Positions 63,160 to 64,000 of a stretch of 64,000 nt of DNA are shown piece by piece (position 1 is the stretch's first letter; each line of letters starts with the position of its first letter). This DNA comes from an uncultured Chloroflexia bacterium (GTDB lineage Bacteria > Chloroflexota > Limnocylindria > Limnocylindrales > CSP1-4): positions 17,518-81,517 of the forward strand of contig CAVRKH010000012.1 in assembly GCA_963721655.1 (NCBI GenBank), in the 5' to 3' direction. The notes under the pieces are model-generated. The model was given only the letters and a program-made list of their open reading frames with translations, searched no databases and was not told where the DNA came from. The position numbers and the translations under genes were made by a program.

Positions 63160-64000
63160 TCAGTCGTTCCCACTCCGCGGCGGGGTAGCTGGAGCGCAGG
63201 ACGACGAGGTGCGCGAGGCGGGCCGCCGACTGCCGCGCTCGCTCGAGCGTGGCCCTGTCGAGCGAACGGTCACTCGACCACGCGGGCGACGTCGCGCGCG
63301 GCGAGCACCGACGACACGCGCAGCGCCTCGTCGTCCTCGGGGGTCGTGTCGGCCGGCCACGGTTCCGCGTCCAGCACCTCGGGCGTGCCGGCTGCCGCGA
63401 GCGAGCGCACCCCGGCCGGCGAGAGCAGCTCGACCCGCCGGATGAGCGCCTCCACGTCGGCCCCGGCCGGCCCGTAGCGTGGCTGGCCGACCGCCGCGTC
63501 CCAGCCTCGTGTCAGGCGCTCGCGCACGCGGCCACGGAACGGTTCGTCGAGGTGCTCGTCGAGGAACTCGCCCAGCACGTGCTCCAGCGCCGCGCCGAGG
63601 ACGGCGTCGCGGACGTGCGGACGCTGCCAGGACGACTCGGGGAGGCGGGTCCTGAAGCTCGGCCTCGACGGTGGCCACGGCGGCACGCTGCTCCTTCGAC
63701 AGGAAGCGTTCGATCGAGGCGACGAACGCGATCGGCGTCGCGGCCGCGCAGTCGAGCCGGTCGAGCTCGTCGGCGCTCAGCCGCGTCACCCGCTCGAGGA
63801 ATGCCGCGAGCGCCGCTCCTCGATCGGGCGGGGCACGGCGGGCGGCCGGCCGGGTCGGGGCCGTCGAGCGAGCGGGCCCACCGAGGTCGTCCCAGCCGGC
63901 TGCGCGCCCTCGCCGGCCGGTCCGGATCCCGCGCTCCCGGTCGTACCGGGCGCGCAGCTCCGGGTCGCTCAGCCAGTCGTGGGCGACGTTGATCGCGGTG
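63160..64000 (-). CDS. J-domain (DnaJ-like) protein, partial, frameshifted
   Basis: The edge reads AINVAHDWLSDPELRARYD, the end of a J-domain; an unknown C-terminal region follows. Confidence 0.65.
   Translation of the reverse strand, partial: TAINVAHDWLSDPELRARYDRERGIRTGRRGRAAGWDDLGGPARSTAPTRPAARRAPPDRGAALAAFLERVTRLSADELDRLDCAAATPIAFVASIERFLSKEQRAAVATVEAELQDPPPRVVLAASARPRRRPRRGAGARAGRVPRRAPRRTVPWPRARAPDTRLGRGGRPATLRAGRGRRGGAHPAGRAALAGRGALARGSRHARGAGRGTVAGRHDPRGRRGAARVVGARRARRRPRGRVTVRSTGPRSSERGSRRPASRTSSSCAPATPPRSGND

Noticed and set aside
1-64000. Prophage, IS element, integrase, tRNA/rRNA, riboswitch
   Set aside because: No such motif recognised by eye; an Rfam/Infernal scan of intergenic regions (e.g. 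53015-53240) would be needed to exclude small RNAs.

Overview
Very GC-rich bacterial chromosomal DNA, densely coding. No rRNA, tRNA, CRISPR array, transposase or phage gene was recognised. The gene content suggests a soil-type Chloroflexota (Limnocylindria-like) or actinobacteria-like organism; this is inference only. About 30 single-base indels break otherwise intact genes, including argC, argJ and pstS/pstA/pstB, so the sequence looks like an unpolished long-read assembly rather than mass pseudogenisation. In order: a small XRE-HTH gene bracketed by 19-bp inverted repeats; an ABC exporter, OsmC and DUF4395; an ArgR-box-controlled argCJBRG operon; a lipoprotein and an orphan GAF histidine kinase; a non-phosphorylative L-fucose-type catabolic cluster with ABC importer and IclR; add and argH; two DMT transporters; an aldehyde dehydrogenase pair; a small biosynthetic-looking operon (methyltransferase, FAD oxidoreductase, NUDIX, SRPBCC cyclase, one FabF-like ketosynthase); MerR-MFS; deoC; a catalytically degenerate ATP-dependent DNA ligase homologue; an ABC-2 exporter; a divergent P-type ATPase; and a ~16-kb phosphate/polyphosphate supercluster (ppk1, CYTH-CHAD, ppx, histone-like protein, pseudo-receiver regulator, pstSCAB-phoU, arsC, sixA, phoR-like kinase). 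The most unusual signals are an apparently circularly permuted PstS, the pseudo-ligase with a clamp-binding-like motif, and the lone-ketosynthase cluster.
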